A DNA stretch of 64,000 bases from an uncultured Rhodoferax sp. (GTDB taxonomy: Bacteria > Pseudomonadota > Gammaproteobacteria > Burkholderiales > Burkholderiaceae_C). The notes below the pieces were generated by a model. The model did no database searches, had not been told where the DNA came from, and worked only from the letters and a program-made list of their open reading frames with translations. The stretch spans positions 132 to 64,131 of the forward strand of contig CAZLDV010000010.1 of the NCBI GenBank assembly GCA_964558425.1, written 5' to 3'. The position numbers and the translations under genes were made by a program. Within the stretch, counting starts at the first letter, position 1. Each line of letters opens with the position of its first letter. Positions 11,169 to 20,539 of this stretch are shown in pieces.

Positions 11169-11214
11169 CGTCGGCAAATTTGACACTTGGTGCGCGTCAG
11201 AGTCATGTTGACGC
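11169..11214. promoter_or_regulatory. Candidate upstream activator site(s) for the sigma54 promoter of the PEP-CTERM gene
   Basis: Imperfect dyad CGTCGG-CAAAT-TTGACA (11169-11185) and perfect GCGTCA-N9-TGACGC (11194-11214), 57-102 bp upstream of the -24 box. Confidence 0.4.
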
Positions 11215-11270
11215 AGTTCAGTCGGTGAAAGCCCTTGATTTGTCGACAGTTCAGGGTGACTTCGCACGAG

Positions 11271-11286
11271 TGGTATGTAACTTGCA
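11271..11286 (+). promoter_or_regulatory. sigma54 (-24/-12) promoter
   Basis: TGGTAT-GTAAC-TTGCA with exact GG-N10-GC spacing, 38 bp upstream of the ATG at 11325. Confidence 0.7.
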
Positions 11287-11324
11287 TGCTTGGCGGCGTT
11301 GTTCTTCAATCAAGCGGAGGTTTC

Positions 11325-12017
11325 ATGAATATCAGAATTTTGGCGGTCGGAATCATGGCGCTGGCGAGCGCGGCATCTGCAAGCGCAGCGATGACCTCCG
11401 TCAGTATGGATGGTTATTCCCTGAGCTATGAGGACAGCAGCATTTTGGGTGGCATGTCGAGCAGCTTCACCAGCAGCGGCAATTCGGTCGGATTCAGCTG
11501 GAGTCTTCCGGCCGCCGTCAACGTCGTCAGCGTGGGGACGACAGAGTCGATGGCGTTCACGCTGCCTGACTTCACCATCACGGCCAATCCGGGATACAAC
11601 CTGAGCGGCCCGTTGGCCGGTTTCCTTGGCAACCTGGTGTACACCGAAGTGGGTGGGGCAACGACCTCCGTTTCAGCCACGGCGAATGTTTCTGTCAATG
11701 GGGGGGCGGCGCTTCCTGTCGGGGGCAACCTGGCCCGGGTCGAGACCGTCAGCTTCGCAGGCGGCAGCAGCGGCTATTACGGTAGCTCCACGACCGTGCC
11801 AGCCGGTTCATTCAATTCGTTCTCGGTCAGCAACTTCGTGCTGACCTTGAACGCGTCGGGCGGCAGCTTCGCAAGCATCCTGGCCCAGCCGCAGAATGAA
11901 CTGAAGATCAGCTTCCTGGCTGCGCCGGTTCCCGAGTCCGAGACGTACGCGATGATGCTGGCCGGTCTGGGCCTGATTGCCGCCATTGCGCGGCGCCGCA
12001 AGCATTCGGCGCAATGA
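11325..12017 (+). CDS. PEP-CTERM sorting-domain exported protein
   Basis: Signal peptide MNIRILAVGIMALASAASASA, Ser/Gly/Thr-rich body, C-terminal APVPESETYAMMLAGLGLIAAIARRRK; GGAGG RBS. Confidence 0.9.
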   Translation: MNIRILAVGIMALASAASASAAMTSVSMDGYSLSYEDSSILGGMSSSFTSSGNSVGFSWSLPAAVNVVSVGTTESMAFTLPDFTITANPGYNLSGPLAGFLGNLVYTEVGGATTSVSATANVSVNGGAALPVGGNLARVETVSFAGGSSGYYGSSTTVPAGSFNSFSVSNFVLTLNASGGSFASILAQPQNELKISFLAAPVPESETYAMMLAGLGLIAAIARRRKHSAQ

Positions 12018-12046
12018 CGCTGGGCTGATTTTTCGTTGCTGCCGGC

Positions 12047-12748
12047 TCATTCCAACCGAGCCAGAAAGCGGCCGATGTGGTGTGCGCACCATGCCGGCGC
12101 CTGCAGCGGCAGCAGGTGACCGGCGCCAGCCAGCACCTGGTGTCTGGAGCGCGCGTCGGGTGACAGGGCGATGATCTCGTCGCCGCACGCCGGCGGACAG
12201 AGCGGGTCGTCGCCACCCGATAGCACCAGCACCGGTGGGCCCAATGCCGGGCCGTCACGCGCAAGCCCCGGGCGCTGGGCAGCATAGCGCAACTGGCGCC
12301 GGAAGCGATCCGCACCGATGTGCTCGGCCTGTGTCTGCAGCGAGGCAAGCCAGGCGTCGTCGTGTTGCAGGCCATAGACGGGCGCCAGCTGCTCCCGCAG
12401 TACCGCAGCCATGCCGGCGCGTTCCAGCAATGCCACTTGCCGTGCCCGGTTCTGCGGCCCCTGCGGCCCGTCGGGCCGCGCGTTCGATGCGATGAGCACC
12501 AGCGCAGCGCACGGTGCCGGTTGCCGCGCCGCCAGATGCACAGCGGCGATGCCGCCCAGCGAGTGCCCGATCCATACGGTGGGTTGCGTGGCCAGCAAGG
12601 CCAGTCGCGCGATCTCGGCATCGAAGTCGTCTTCGACTCCGAGCAGTTCAACGCGCGTTGGCCGGCCGAGCGCCGACGCGAGTGGCTGCAACGCGTCGCC
12701 GTCCATCAGCGTGCCGGGGAGCAGGATCAGCGCAGCAGCGGGCTTCAC
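12047..12748 (-). CDS. Alpha/beta fold hydrolase
   Basis: LILLPGTL, nucleophile elbow GHSLGG, SGGDD, GAGHL. Confidence 0.85.
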   Translation of the reverse strand: MKPAAALILLPGTLMDGDALQPLASALGRPTRVELLGVEDDFDAEIARLALLATQPTVWIGHSLGGIAAVHLAARQPAPCAALVLIASNARPDGPQGPQNRARQVALLERAGMAAVLREQLAPVYGLQHDDAWLASLQTQAEHIGADRFRRQLRYAAQRPGLARDGPALGPPVLVLSGGDDPLCPPACGDEIIALSPDARSRHQVLAGAGHLLPLQAPAWCAHHIGRFLARLE

Positions 12749-12789
12749 GAGTTACAGGGGTGTTGCATGACCGTTCGCGCGCGCAGCTC

Positions 12790-13848
12790 TCAGTACCGGT
12801 CGAAGAAGGTCTGCACCTGGCGCGGGTCGTTGCCCAGGGTCAACGCCAGTGACAGCAGGATGCGTGCCTTCTGCGGATTGAGCGAGTTCGCCGCCACTGT
12901 GCCGAGCTCCGCGTCGACGCGGTGGCAGCCCGCAGCCTGGTAGCCGTAAACGATGTCGACCGTCGGAAGTGCTTCGATCCGCGCGAGGTCGAACACGGTG
13001 TGGCGTGCTGCGCCGATGCGGTCATCGAGGACCATCAAGACGCCTTTGCCAGTGGCCTTTGGCGACGCTGCCACCTTCACCGCATTGAGCAGGTTGAGCG
13101 GTCCGTCCGCGCTCAATGCCGTCGATGGCCGCATGGCTCCGACGACGACCACCGGCTTGGCTGTCTGCACCACCAGGTTGAGGAAGTAGGCGGTTTCCTC
13201 CATCGTGTCGGTGCCGTGCGTGACGACGATGCCGTCCACGTCGGCCGATGCCGACAACGCGTTGATGCGCCGCGCCAACTGCAGCAGGATCGCGTTGTCG
13301 ATTTCCTGGCTCGGCAGGTTGGTCACCTGTTCGGCGCAGACCTGCGCGTGGGAGCCCATCCGCGGAACCGCGGACAACACGGCGTCCATGCCGAGTCCTT
13401 GCAGAACCGCGAATTCGTCGCGCACGATCCATTCTTCGACAACCTTGTTGTCGCGCACCAGGCAATGCGCCATGCTGCGGTTCACCCAGTCGCGGTTCGT
13501 CGCCGGGCCGTAGGTCCAGGGTCCACTGTGGGTGGCGTTGTTGAACACCTTGTGCGCGCTGACGAAGGCGTTCTTGCCACGCGACTCCCATGCGACGTCG
13601 TCATGACCGCCGCCGCGATTGGGAAACGCCACCATGCGCTGGATCGAGTTGCCGATGACGTTCTTCAGGTCGTAGGTCTCGCCGTAGCAGGTATGCACCT
13701 TCACATCGGGCGCGTAGTGATCATGGATCTGGCCCAGCGCACCCTTGATCCAGAGGCGGTCGGTCCAGCTGGTGATGTCCTCGCGCGGATCGCGGTAGGG
13801 CGCGTAGGCGGCGGGGGAGAGGTCGGTGAGTTGTTCGGCAACGGCCAT
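12790..13848 (-). pseudogene. In-frame chimera: N-terminal SnoaL/NTF2-like domain fused to an internally deleted type II L-asparaginase
   Basis: N-terminal ~155 aa resembles ORF 22891-23901 (FPNR..DDV.W, VEEWIVRD). The C-part has HGTDTMEETAYFL, GAMRPSTALSADGPLNL and LNPQKARILL but lacks the GGTI catalytic Thr motif and two internal segments. Confidence 0.7.
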
Positions 13849-13897
13849 GGTGTTGCCATGGTAAACGGTGGACGCTGCGCCCGGGGGAATGCCTGCT

Positions 13898-15292
13898 TCA
13901 GAAAGCGGGCGTGACCGAGGCTTCGATCAGCGCGCGGGCCTCGGCGCGCGACAGCACATGGCCTTCTTCGAGAATGTCGATCAAGGGCCGGCCTTCGGCA
14001 ACCGATCGCCGGACCAGGCCGCTGATCGTGTGGTAACCCAGCCGGGGCACCAAGGCGGTGGCCATGGCCATCGACTGCATCACGTTGCCTTCATTCACCG
14101 CCCGGTCGGCCGTGATGCCAGCCACGCATTTGTCGCGCAACAGTCGGATGCCATGGGTCAGCAACTGGATCGACTCGAAGATGCGGTCTGCGACCACCGG
14201 CTCGAAATGGTTGATCTCCAGCTGGCCGGCCTGCACCGCCTGTGCGACGCAAACGTCGTTGCCGACGACGGCAAAACTCAGTTGCACCATCGACATCGGC
14301 ACCACCGGGTTGATCTTGCCCGGCATGATGGAGGAGCCGGCCTGCACGGCGGGCAGCACGATCTCTCCGATGCCGCCGGCGGGTCCCGACGACAACAGGA
14401 TCAGGTCGGAGGCCACCTTCGCGATGGCGGTCGCGCAGGTGCGCAGTTCGGCCGACACCCGTGAAAAGGTGTCCATGTTCTGCATCGCGTCGAAGGCATC
14501 CTCGGGCGCCGAAAAGTTGGTGCCGGTCAGCGCCACCAGATGCCGGTACACCGAGGTCCGGTATCCGGGCGGCGCACCAAAGCCGGTTCCGATGGCGGTT
14601 CCGCCCAGCGGCAGGACCAGCAGGCTGTCGCGCACCGGTTGCAGGGCATGCTGCAGCCGCGTCACCAGAGCCGCGTAGCCGCCAAAGACCTGGCCCAGGC
14701 GCATCGGCTGGGCATCCTGCAGGCAGGTCCGGCCGAGGTGCAGCACATCGTGGAACTCGGTTGCCTTGCTGGCCAGGCACCGGGCAAGTGCCTTGAGTTC
14801 CGCGATCAGCGGCGCGAGCAACGCGTAGGTCGCCATCTTCATCGCGGCCGGATACACATCGTTGGTCGACTGCGACCGGTTGACGTGGTCGTTTGGATGC
14901 ACCCGATCGTAGCTGCCAGGCTGGCCGCCGAGGATCTGCTGCGCCCGATTGGCCACTACTTCGTTGAAGTTCATGTTGGTCGACGTACCGCCGGAACCTT
15001 CCAGCAGATCGATAACCAGCGAGTCGGCATGGGCGCCGTCGATGATTTCGCAGCACGCCTGGGCGATGGCGTCGCGCTGTGCCGTGCTGATCACCTGGTG
15101 ATCGCAATTGGCCAGCGCGGCTGCCCATTTGCATTGGGCAAATGCCGCACTGAAAGCGGCATTGGCACCGACGGTGCGCTCCGAGATGGTCAGGTTGGCG
15201 ACACCACGAACGGTGTTGACGCCGTACAGACGATGGTTCGGAATCTCGACCTCGCCGAGGTAGTCGTGCTCTGTGCGATGGGTGGATTGCAT
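13898..15292 (-). CDS. Aspartate ammonia-lyase/fumarase superfamily lyase (divergent)
   Basis: RTEHDYLG, GTSTNMN, HPNDHVNRSQSTND, LGGTAIGTG, signature GSSIMPGKINP. Confidence 0.88.
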   Translation of the reverse strand: MQSTHRTEHDYLGEVEIPNHRLYGVNTVRGVANLTISERTVGANAAFSAAFAQCKWAAALANCDHQVISTAQRDAIAQACCEIIDGAHADSLVIDLLEGSGGTSTNMNFNEVVANRAQQILGGQPGSYDRVHPNDHVNRSQSTNDVYPAAMKMATYALLAPLIAELKALARCLASKATEFHDVLHLGRTCLQDAQPMRLGQVFGGYAALVTRLQHALQPVRDSLLVLPLGGTAIGTGFGAPPGYRTSVYRHLVALTGTNFSAPEDAFDAMQNMDTFSRVSAELRTCATAIAKVASDLILLSSGPAGGIGEIVLPAVQAGSSIMPGKINPVVPMSMVQLSFAVVGNDVCVAQAVQAGQLEINHFEPVVADRIFESIQLLTHGIRLLRDKCVAGITADRAVNEGNVMQSMAMATALVPRLGYHTISGLVRRSVAEGRPLIDILEEGHVLSRAEARALIEASVTPAF

Positions 15293-15315
15293 GGTGCTCT
15301 TGGGTGTGGACAAGG

Positions 15316-16569
15316 TCAGCGGGTCAGCGTGAAGGCCCTGGAAAAGAAATCGGCACGACCGAAATTGCCCGACTTCAGCGCGATCAGCAGGGGACGATCG
15401 TGCGCCTGGGTCCAGGGCACGCCCGGATCGATGGTCGGCCCGATGCGCAGCTGCGATACGCCCAGCGCCTGCACGACCGCGCCGGAGGTCTCACCCCCCG
15501 CGACCACCAGGCGCCGTACATCGTTGCGCACCAGCTCCACGGCGATCTGGCCCAGGCATTGTTCGACCAGATGTCCGGCCCGTTCCACGCCGATGTCCGA
15601 CTGCGCCTGGCGTACCTCTTGTGTCGAGGCGGTGGCGTAAATCAGCAGTGCGTGCTTGCGCGCGGCCCAGTCCAGTGCCTGTTGCACAGCCGGTTCACCC
15701 CTGGCCAGCAGCTGCGGCTCGATGCGGTACGCGGGCCGGCCGGAATCGATCCAGTGGCGCACCTGTGTGTTGGTGGCAACGGAACTGGAGCCGGAGAGCA
15801 CCGCCGTACGACCGCCGACTGCTGGCAGCTTGGAGGCGGCCTGCGTGTCGAGCGTGACCCAGCCGCGCCGCGCATATGCTGCCGGCAATCCCATGGCCAG
15901 CCCGGAACCCGCCGTGACCAGCGGCATTTCCGCGCAGGCCTGCGCCAGCGCATCGAGTTGCGGCGTGGCCGTGGTGTCGCAGATGGCAAACCGGACGCCG
16001 GCGCGTCGCAGTTCGTCACAACGCCGGCCGATCGCCTGCGCCCCGGCCTGCACGACATCGTTGTCGACCAGACCGACGCGCCCCTGCACCTGTGCCTGCA
16101 GCACGCGCACCAGGTTGGCGTCGGTCATTGGCGTCAGTGGGTGGTTGCGCATGCCCGATTCGCTCAGCAGCTGGTCGCCGACAAACAAATGGCCACGGTA
16201 GACGGTACGGCCATTCAACGGAAGCGAGGGGCAGGCGACGGTGAAGTCGGCGTTCAATGCCTGCAGCAGCGCGTCCGCCACCGGGCCGATGTTGCCGTGC
16301 GCGGTCGAATCGAAGGTGGAGCAGTATTTGAAATAGCACTGCCGAGCACCCGCCGCCTGCAGCCAGCGCCAGGCAGCCAGCGTGTCGCGCACGGCGTCAT
16401 CCACGGGCGCGGTGCGTGACTTGAGCGCGACCACCACCGCGTCCGCTGCGGGCGCCGGTTCGCCCTGCGGCAGCCCGAGTACCTGGACGGTGCGCATGCC
16501 GGCGTGCACCAGCATGCTGGCCACGTCGGTGCCGCCGGTGAAGTCGTCGGCGATTACCCCCAGGATCAT
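15316..16569 (-). CDS. otnK: Four-carbon acid-sugar kinase (DUF1537), 3-oxo-tetronate kinase-like
   Basis: LGVIADDFTGGTD, YFKYCSTFDST, GNIGPV, SGMRNHPLTPMTD, AGGETSGAV, LKSGNFG. Confidence 0.85.
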   Translation of the reverse strand: MILGVIADDFTGGTDVASMLVHAGMRTVQVLGLPQGEPAPAADAVVVALKSRTAPVDDAVRDTLAAWRWLQAAGARQCYFKYCSTFDSTAHGNIGPVADALLQALNADFTVACPSLPLNGRTVYRGHLFVGDQLLSESGMRNHPLTPMTDANLVRVLQAQVQGRVGLVDNDVVQAGAQAIGRRCDELRRAGVRFAICDTTATPQLDALAQACAEMPLVTAGSGLAMGLPAAYARRGWVTLDTQAASKLPAVGGRTAVLSGSSSVATNTQVRHWIDSGRPAYRIEPQLLARGEPAVQQALDWAARKHALLIYATASTQEVRQAQSDIGVERAGHLVEQCLGQIAVELVRNDVRRLVVAGGETSGAVVQALGVSQLRIGPTIDPGVPWTQAHDRPLLIALKSGNFGRADFFSRAFTLTR

Positions 16570-17345
16570 GCGGCGCGCTCCAACTGCCCCATCGCGCGCA
16601 CACCCTTGATGCGCGCCTCGGCGCCCGCGCGCAGCAACTGTACGTCGTTGCCCGGTGTCACCAGGTCGTACCCCATGCGGGCGCAGCTCTCACCCATCTC
16701 GGCGGGCCCGCAGAAGATGCCGGCATATTTGCCGCGCGCGTGCACCGCCTGCAGGATGTGCGCGACCGCCTGCGTCATGCGTTGATCGGGCCAGGCGTTG
16801 GGTCCCAGGCCCATGGCGATACCCAGATCGCTCGGGCCGACGTAGACGCCGTCGAGTTCGTCCACGTCCATGATGTGCTCGATCTGGTCGAGCGCATTGG
16901 TGGTCTCGATCATCGCCAGCGACATGATCTGGTCGTCGGCCTTGCCGAGATAGTCGGCGCCGCCGTAAAGCAGGCCGCGTGCCGGCCCGAAGCTGCGCGC
17001 ACCGCGTGGCGGGTAACGGCAGGCGCGGGCAAAGAACGCGGCTTCGTCCACGCTGTCGATCAGGGGGCAGATGACGCCATACGCACCGGCGTCGAGCAAC
17101 TTGTTGATTTCCGCCAATGTGGAGCCCGCGCACCGCGCCAGCGGGACAGCCGGTGTTGCCGAGATCGCCTGCAGCAGTTGCACGGCAAGATCAAACCCCA
17201 TCGGCGCATGCTGGAGGTCGACCGTGACGGCGTCAAAGCCGGTGTGGCCCAGCACTTCGGCCAGGTAGCCGCTCCCCATCGAAACCCAGGCGTTGATGGC
17301 CGTGCGTTTCTCGGTTTGAAGCTGTTTGAGTGTGTTGGGGCGCAT
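16566..17345 (-). CDS. HpcH/HpaI class II pyruvate aldolase family protein
   Basis: VTVDLQH, LDAGAYGVICP, YPPRGARSFG, MIET, YVGPSDL. Confidence 0.9.
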   Translation of the reverse strand: MRPNTLKQLQTEKRTAINAWVSMGSGYLAEVLGHTGFDAVTVDLQHAPMGFDLAVQLLQAISATPAVPLARCAGSTLAEINKLLDAGAYGVICPLIDSVDEAAFFARACRYPPRGARSFGPARGLLYGGADYLGKADDQIMSLAMIETTNALDQIEHIMDVDELDGVYVGPSDLGIAMGLGPNAWPDQRMTQAVAHILQAVHARGKYAGIFCGPAEMGESCARMGYDLVTPGNDVQLLRAGAEARIKGVRAMGQLERAA

Positions 17346-17378
17346 GGTGGGTCTTTCTGTGCAAGGCCGGTCCGCGGA

Positions 17379-18521
17379 TCAGGCCGCCGCCAGCGCCAGT
17401 ACTTCGGTGGGCGCGATGTAGCCGTCCGGGTCGATCGCCCAGCCCGCTGCGCTGGCGGCCTGACGCACATGCGCCGACCATTCGATCCGGGTCCGGCTCT
17501 CGCTGCCGGTGATCAGCAACACCTCGCCCCGTCCCTGTGTGCATCGCAGTGCGCGCCATGCGTGTGGTGGAATCGACACCACCGTTCCGGGCTCGATCGA
17601 CACGCTGTGCGCCTGCGCGCCGCGATTGACGGTGAGTGTCCAATCGCCGGACTTGACCAGCACTGCCTGGGTGTTGGCGTGGCGGTGTTCGAGTAGCCCG
17701 TTGTCCGCAGCGGCGCGCATCCACTCCAGCGTGAAACCGTGTGGGTTGACCACCGGCGGCGTCATGTCCCGATCCTCCGTCAATCCGAAGCCGATCACCG
17801 GCGCCAGTTCCTTGTGGCCACCGGGCAGCATGCTGTCGAGCAGTGGCCTGGCCTGCCACTGCAGTGCGTCGTGCCGGATGATGCGCCGGGCCATCTCCTG
17901 CGGCGTGTATAGGCGCAGGCGCGCGATCTGTGCTGCTGCCATCGGCGGCATGATCCGCTCGGACGGTACATCCGGTGTCTTGTGCAGGTCGATCAAGGTG
18001 TTGTCCCTGGAAATCACGAGCCCGGTAGCGCGGGACTTTTCGAGGATCGACGGTGCCCAGATGACGCCTCCGGTCACGTCGCGGCCAAGCATCGTGTACA
18101 GATACGCGTCATCGCTGCCGACATTGGAAAAGCCGCGGAAGATCCAGGGCGGAATGGTCGCCACGTCGCCTTCGCCAAAGCTCGCTTCGCCCTGTTCACC
18201 GGCCGGTCCCCAGCGCAGCTTCCAGGTGCCGGCCCAGCAGATGAACACTTCGGCGGTGAAGTGCATGTGCAGGTTGTTCGTCACGCCGTTGGGCATGCTG
18301 GCGCCGCCGAGGCCGAAGCCGTGCGGTTCGCGCAGGTTGATGAAGGTGTCCGGGTTCTGAGAAACGCCTGCGCCGATCAACTGGTAGTTGTACTTGGGTG
18401 TCGAGCCGGGTACCCGTACGTCGACGAAGGCCTCCGGGTCGGCTTTCAGATCGGTGCGGCGGATCACGCGCGCGCGCAGTTGCTCAGGGGTAACGACGGT
18501 ATCGGGCATTGGCTTCTCCAT
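17379..18521 (-). CDS. Cupin-domain protein (probable bicupin)
   Basis: HMHFTAEVF and GDVATIPPWIFRGFSN in the first half; a second degenerate cupin (HRHANTQ, SIPPHAWR). Confidence 0.75.
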   Translation of the reverse strand: MEKPMPDTVVTPEQLRARVIRRTDLKADPEAFVDVRVPGSTPKYNYQLIGAGVSQNPDTFINLREPHGFGLGGASMPNGVTNNLHMHFTAEVFICWAGTWKLRWGPAGEQGEASFGEGDVATIPPWIFRGFSNVGSDDAYLYTMLGRDVTGGVIWAPSILEKSRATGLVISRDNTLIDLHKTPDVPSERIMPPMAAAQIARLRLYTPQEMARRIIRHDALQWQARPLLDSMLPGGHKELAPVIGFGLTEDRDMTPPVVNPHGFTLEWMRAAADNGLLEHRHANTQAVLVKSGDWTLTVNRGAQAHSVSIEPGTVVSIPPHAWRALRCTQGRGEVLLITGSESRTRIEWSAHVRQAASAAGWAIDPDGYIAPTEVLALAAA

Positions 18522-18594
18522 GGATTCGATGGCGTGGGCGTGGTACGCCGAGCCCGTCGCACACCCGTGCAGCGGCGCGGCGAAGAGGTCGGTG

Positions 18595-19677
18595 TCAGGT
18601 CGGCTGTGCGGATCGGGTTTCGAGTTGTGTCAACCGATTCTGCGAGGCCTCGTCAAACAGGTAGGCGCGGTCGGCCTGCGCGACGAGCGCGACCCGCTCG
18701 CCGAACGGTGCCTTGAAGTTCTTGTCGGTGCGCACCACGATCATCTGCTTGCCATTGTTGACGGTGACCTGGGTCGCGTCGCCGATCAGTTCGACGGTAT
18801 AGATCTCGGTGTCCATGTGACCGCTGCCAATGGGTGCCAGCGCGAGGTCTTCCCAGCGCAGCCCGATCACCACGCCGTCGTGCGATCCTTTGCCGACACC
18901 CGGGATGCGGATGTTCTCGCCAATGAATGTGCCGTTCTCCAATCGCCCGTGCAGCAGGTTCATGGCCGGCGAACCGATGAAGTCGGCGACAAACAGATTG
19001 GCCGGTTCGTTGTAGATTTTCTCTGGCGTGTCAAGCTGCTGGATGACGCCGCCGCTCATCACGACGACCCGCGTGGCCAGGGTCATCGCTTCGATCTGGT
19101 CGTGCGTGACGTACACCATGGTGGTGCCGAGTTCGTACTGCAGGCGCTTGATGCGCGCCCGCATGCTGACGCGCAGTTTCGCGTCCAGGTTGGACAGCGG
19201 CTCGTCCATCAGAAACACCTTGGGCTGGCGCACGATCGCGCGCGCCAGCGCGACACGTTGTCGTTGACCACCCGAAAGTGCCTTTGGCCGGCGATCGAGC
19301 AGATCGTCGAGCTCCACCTTGTGCGCCGCTTCGGCGATCATCGCCGCATGCCGCTCGCGTGGCACCTTGCGAATGCGCAGCGGGTAGGCGATGTTCTCGC
19401 GCACCGTCATGTGCGGGTAGAGCCCGTAGTTCTGGAACACCATCGAGATGTCCCGTTCACGCGGTGCCAGCTGGGTGACGTCCTCGCCATCGAAGGTGAT
19501 CTGCCCGCTGGTGGGTTCCTCCAGGCCGGCAATCATGCGCATGGTGGTGGTCTTGCCGCAGCCGCTGGGGCCGAGCAAGACCAGGAATTCGCGATCGTGA
19601 ATGTCGAGCGACAGGTTCCTGATCGCGAAGACGTTGTTCCAGCCCTTGCTGACGTCGTGGATGGATATGGCGGACAT
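18595..19677 (-). CDS. Carbohydrate ABC transporter ATP-binding protein (MalK/UgpC-like)
   Basis: GPSGCGKTT, LSGGQRQRVALAR, FLMDEPLSNLDAKLR, YVTHDQIEAM. Confidence 0.95.
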   Translation of the reverse strand: MSAISIHDVSKGWNNVFAIRNLSLDIHDREFLVLLGPSGCGKTTTMRMIAGLEEPTSGQITFDGEDVTQLAPRERDISMVFQNYGLYPHMTVRENIAYPLRIRKVPRERHAAMIAEAAHKVELDDLLDRRPKALSGGQRQRVALARAIVRQPKVFLMDEPLSNLDAKLRVSMRARIKRLQYELGTTMVYVTHDQIEAMTLATRVVVMSGGVIQQLDTPEKIYNEPANLFVADFIGSPAMNLLHGRLENGTFIGENIRIPGVGKGSHDGVVIGLRWEDLALAPIGSGHMDTEIYTVELIGDATQVTVNNGKQMIVVRTDKNFKAPFGERVALVAQADRAYLFDEASQNRLTQLETRSAQPT

Positions 19678-19701
19678 GGGGGGTTTCCGTTGGTGGCAGC
19701 G

Positions 19702-20529
19702 TCAGCGTACGGCGCCGCTGGTGCTGCCCTGGATGAAGTGCTTCTGGATCACGAAACCCAGCACGAACATCGGCAACATGATCAGCAGGCCGGTGGCGGA
19801 AATGAGTTGCCACAAGTCGCCTTGCTCGGTATTGAACAGCGCCAGGCCCACCGGCAACGTGACCGCCTCCCGGCTGGTCACGATGAGTGCCAGCAGGAAT
19901 TCGTTCCAGGCCACGATGAAGCAGAAGATGCCGGCGGTGATGAGTCCCGGCGCGGCCATCGGAATGACGACGTTGCGTATCACCTGCAGCCGGGTGGAGC
20001 CATCCACCAGCGCCGCCTCTTCGGTGTCCAGCGGAATCGCGTCGATGAAGCCCTTGATCATCCACACGGCGTAAGGGATGACAAACGACAGGTTCACCAG
20101 GATCAGCGCGGTGCGGGTATCGAGCAGACGCAGGTCGCGAAACAGGATGAAGAATGGCAGCAGGATGATCACCGAGGGAATGAACTGCGTCGAGATGATG
20201 GCCATGAAGATGGTCTTCTCGCCGCGGATGCGAAAGCGCGAGAAGCTGTAGGCCGCCATGGTTGCCACCGGCACCGCGACAAGCACCGTGATCAGCGCGA
20301 CCACCGTCGAATTGAAGAATTTCTTGTGGATTTCGTAGGGCGGCTGCATGATGGCGCTGAAGTTCTTCAGCGTCGGCGTGAAGAACAGGCGCCCCTCGAA
20401 AACCTCGGAATACGGCTTGAAGGCCGCGCTGACCATCCAGTAGATGGGCGCCAGGATGATCAGCGCGGTGATGAAGATCAGCACGCCCTGGACGACACGG
20501 GAGAAGCGGCTTTGGTGATGGATGGCCAT
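19702..20529 (-). CDS. Carbohydrate ABC transporter permease (MalG-like)
   Basis: EAA loop EEAALVDGS; WNEFL; TM segments. Confidence 0.93.
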   Translation of the reverse strand: MAIHHQSRFSRVVQGVLIFITALIILAPIYWMVSAAFKPYSEVFEGRLFFTPTLKNFSAIMQPPYEIHKKFFNSTVVALITVLVAVPVATMAAYSFSRFRIRGEKTIFMAIISTQFIPSVIILLPFFILFRDLRLLDTRTALILVNLSFVIPYAVWMIKGFIDAIPLDTEEAALVDGSTRLQVIRNVVIPMAAPGLITAGIFCFIVAWNEFLLALIVTSREAVTLPVGLALFNTEQGDLWQLISATGLLIMLPMFVLGFVIQKHFIQGSTSGAVR

Positions 20530-20539
20530 GCAGGGACTC

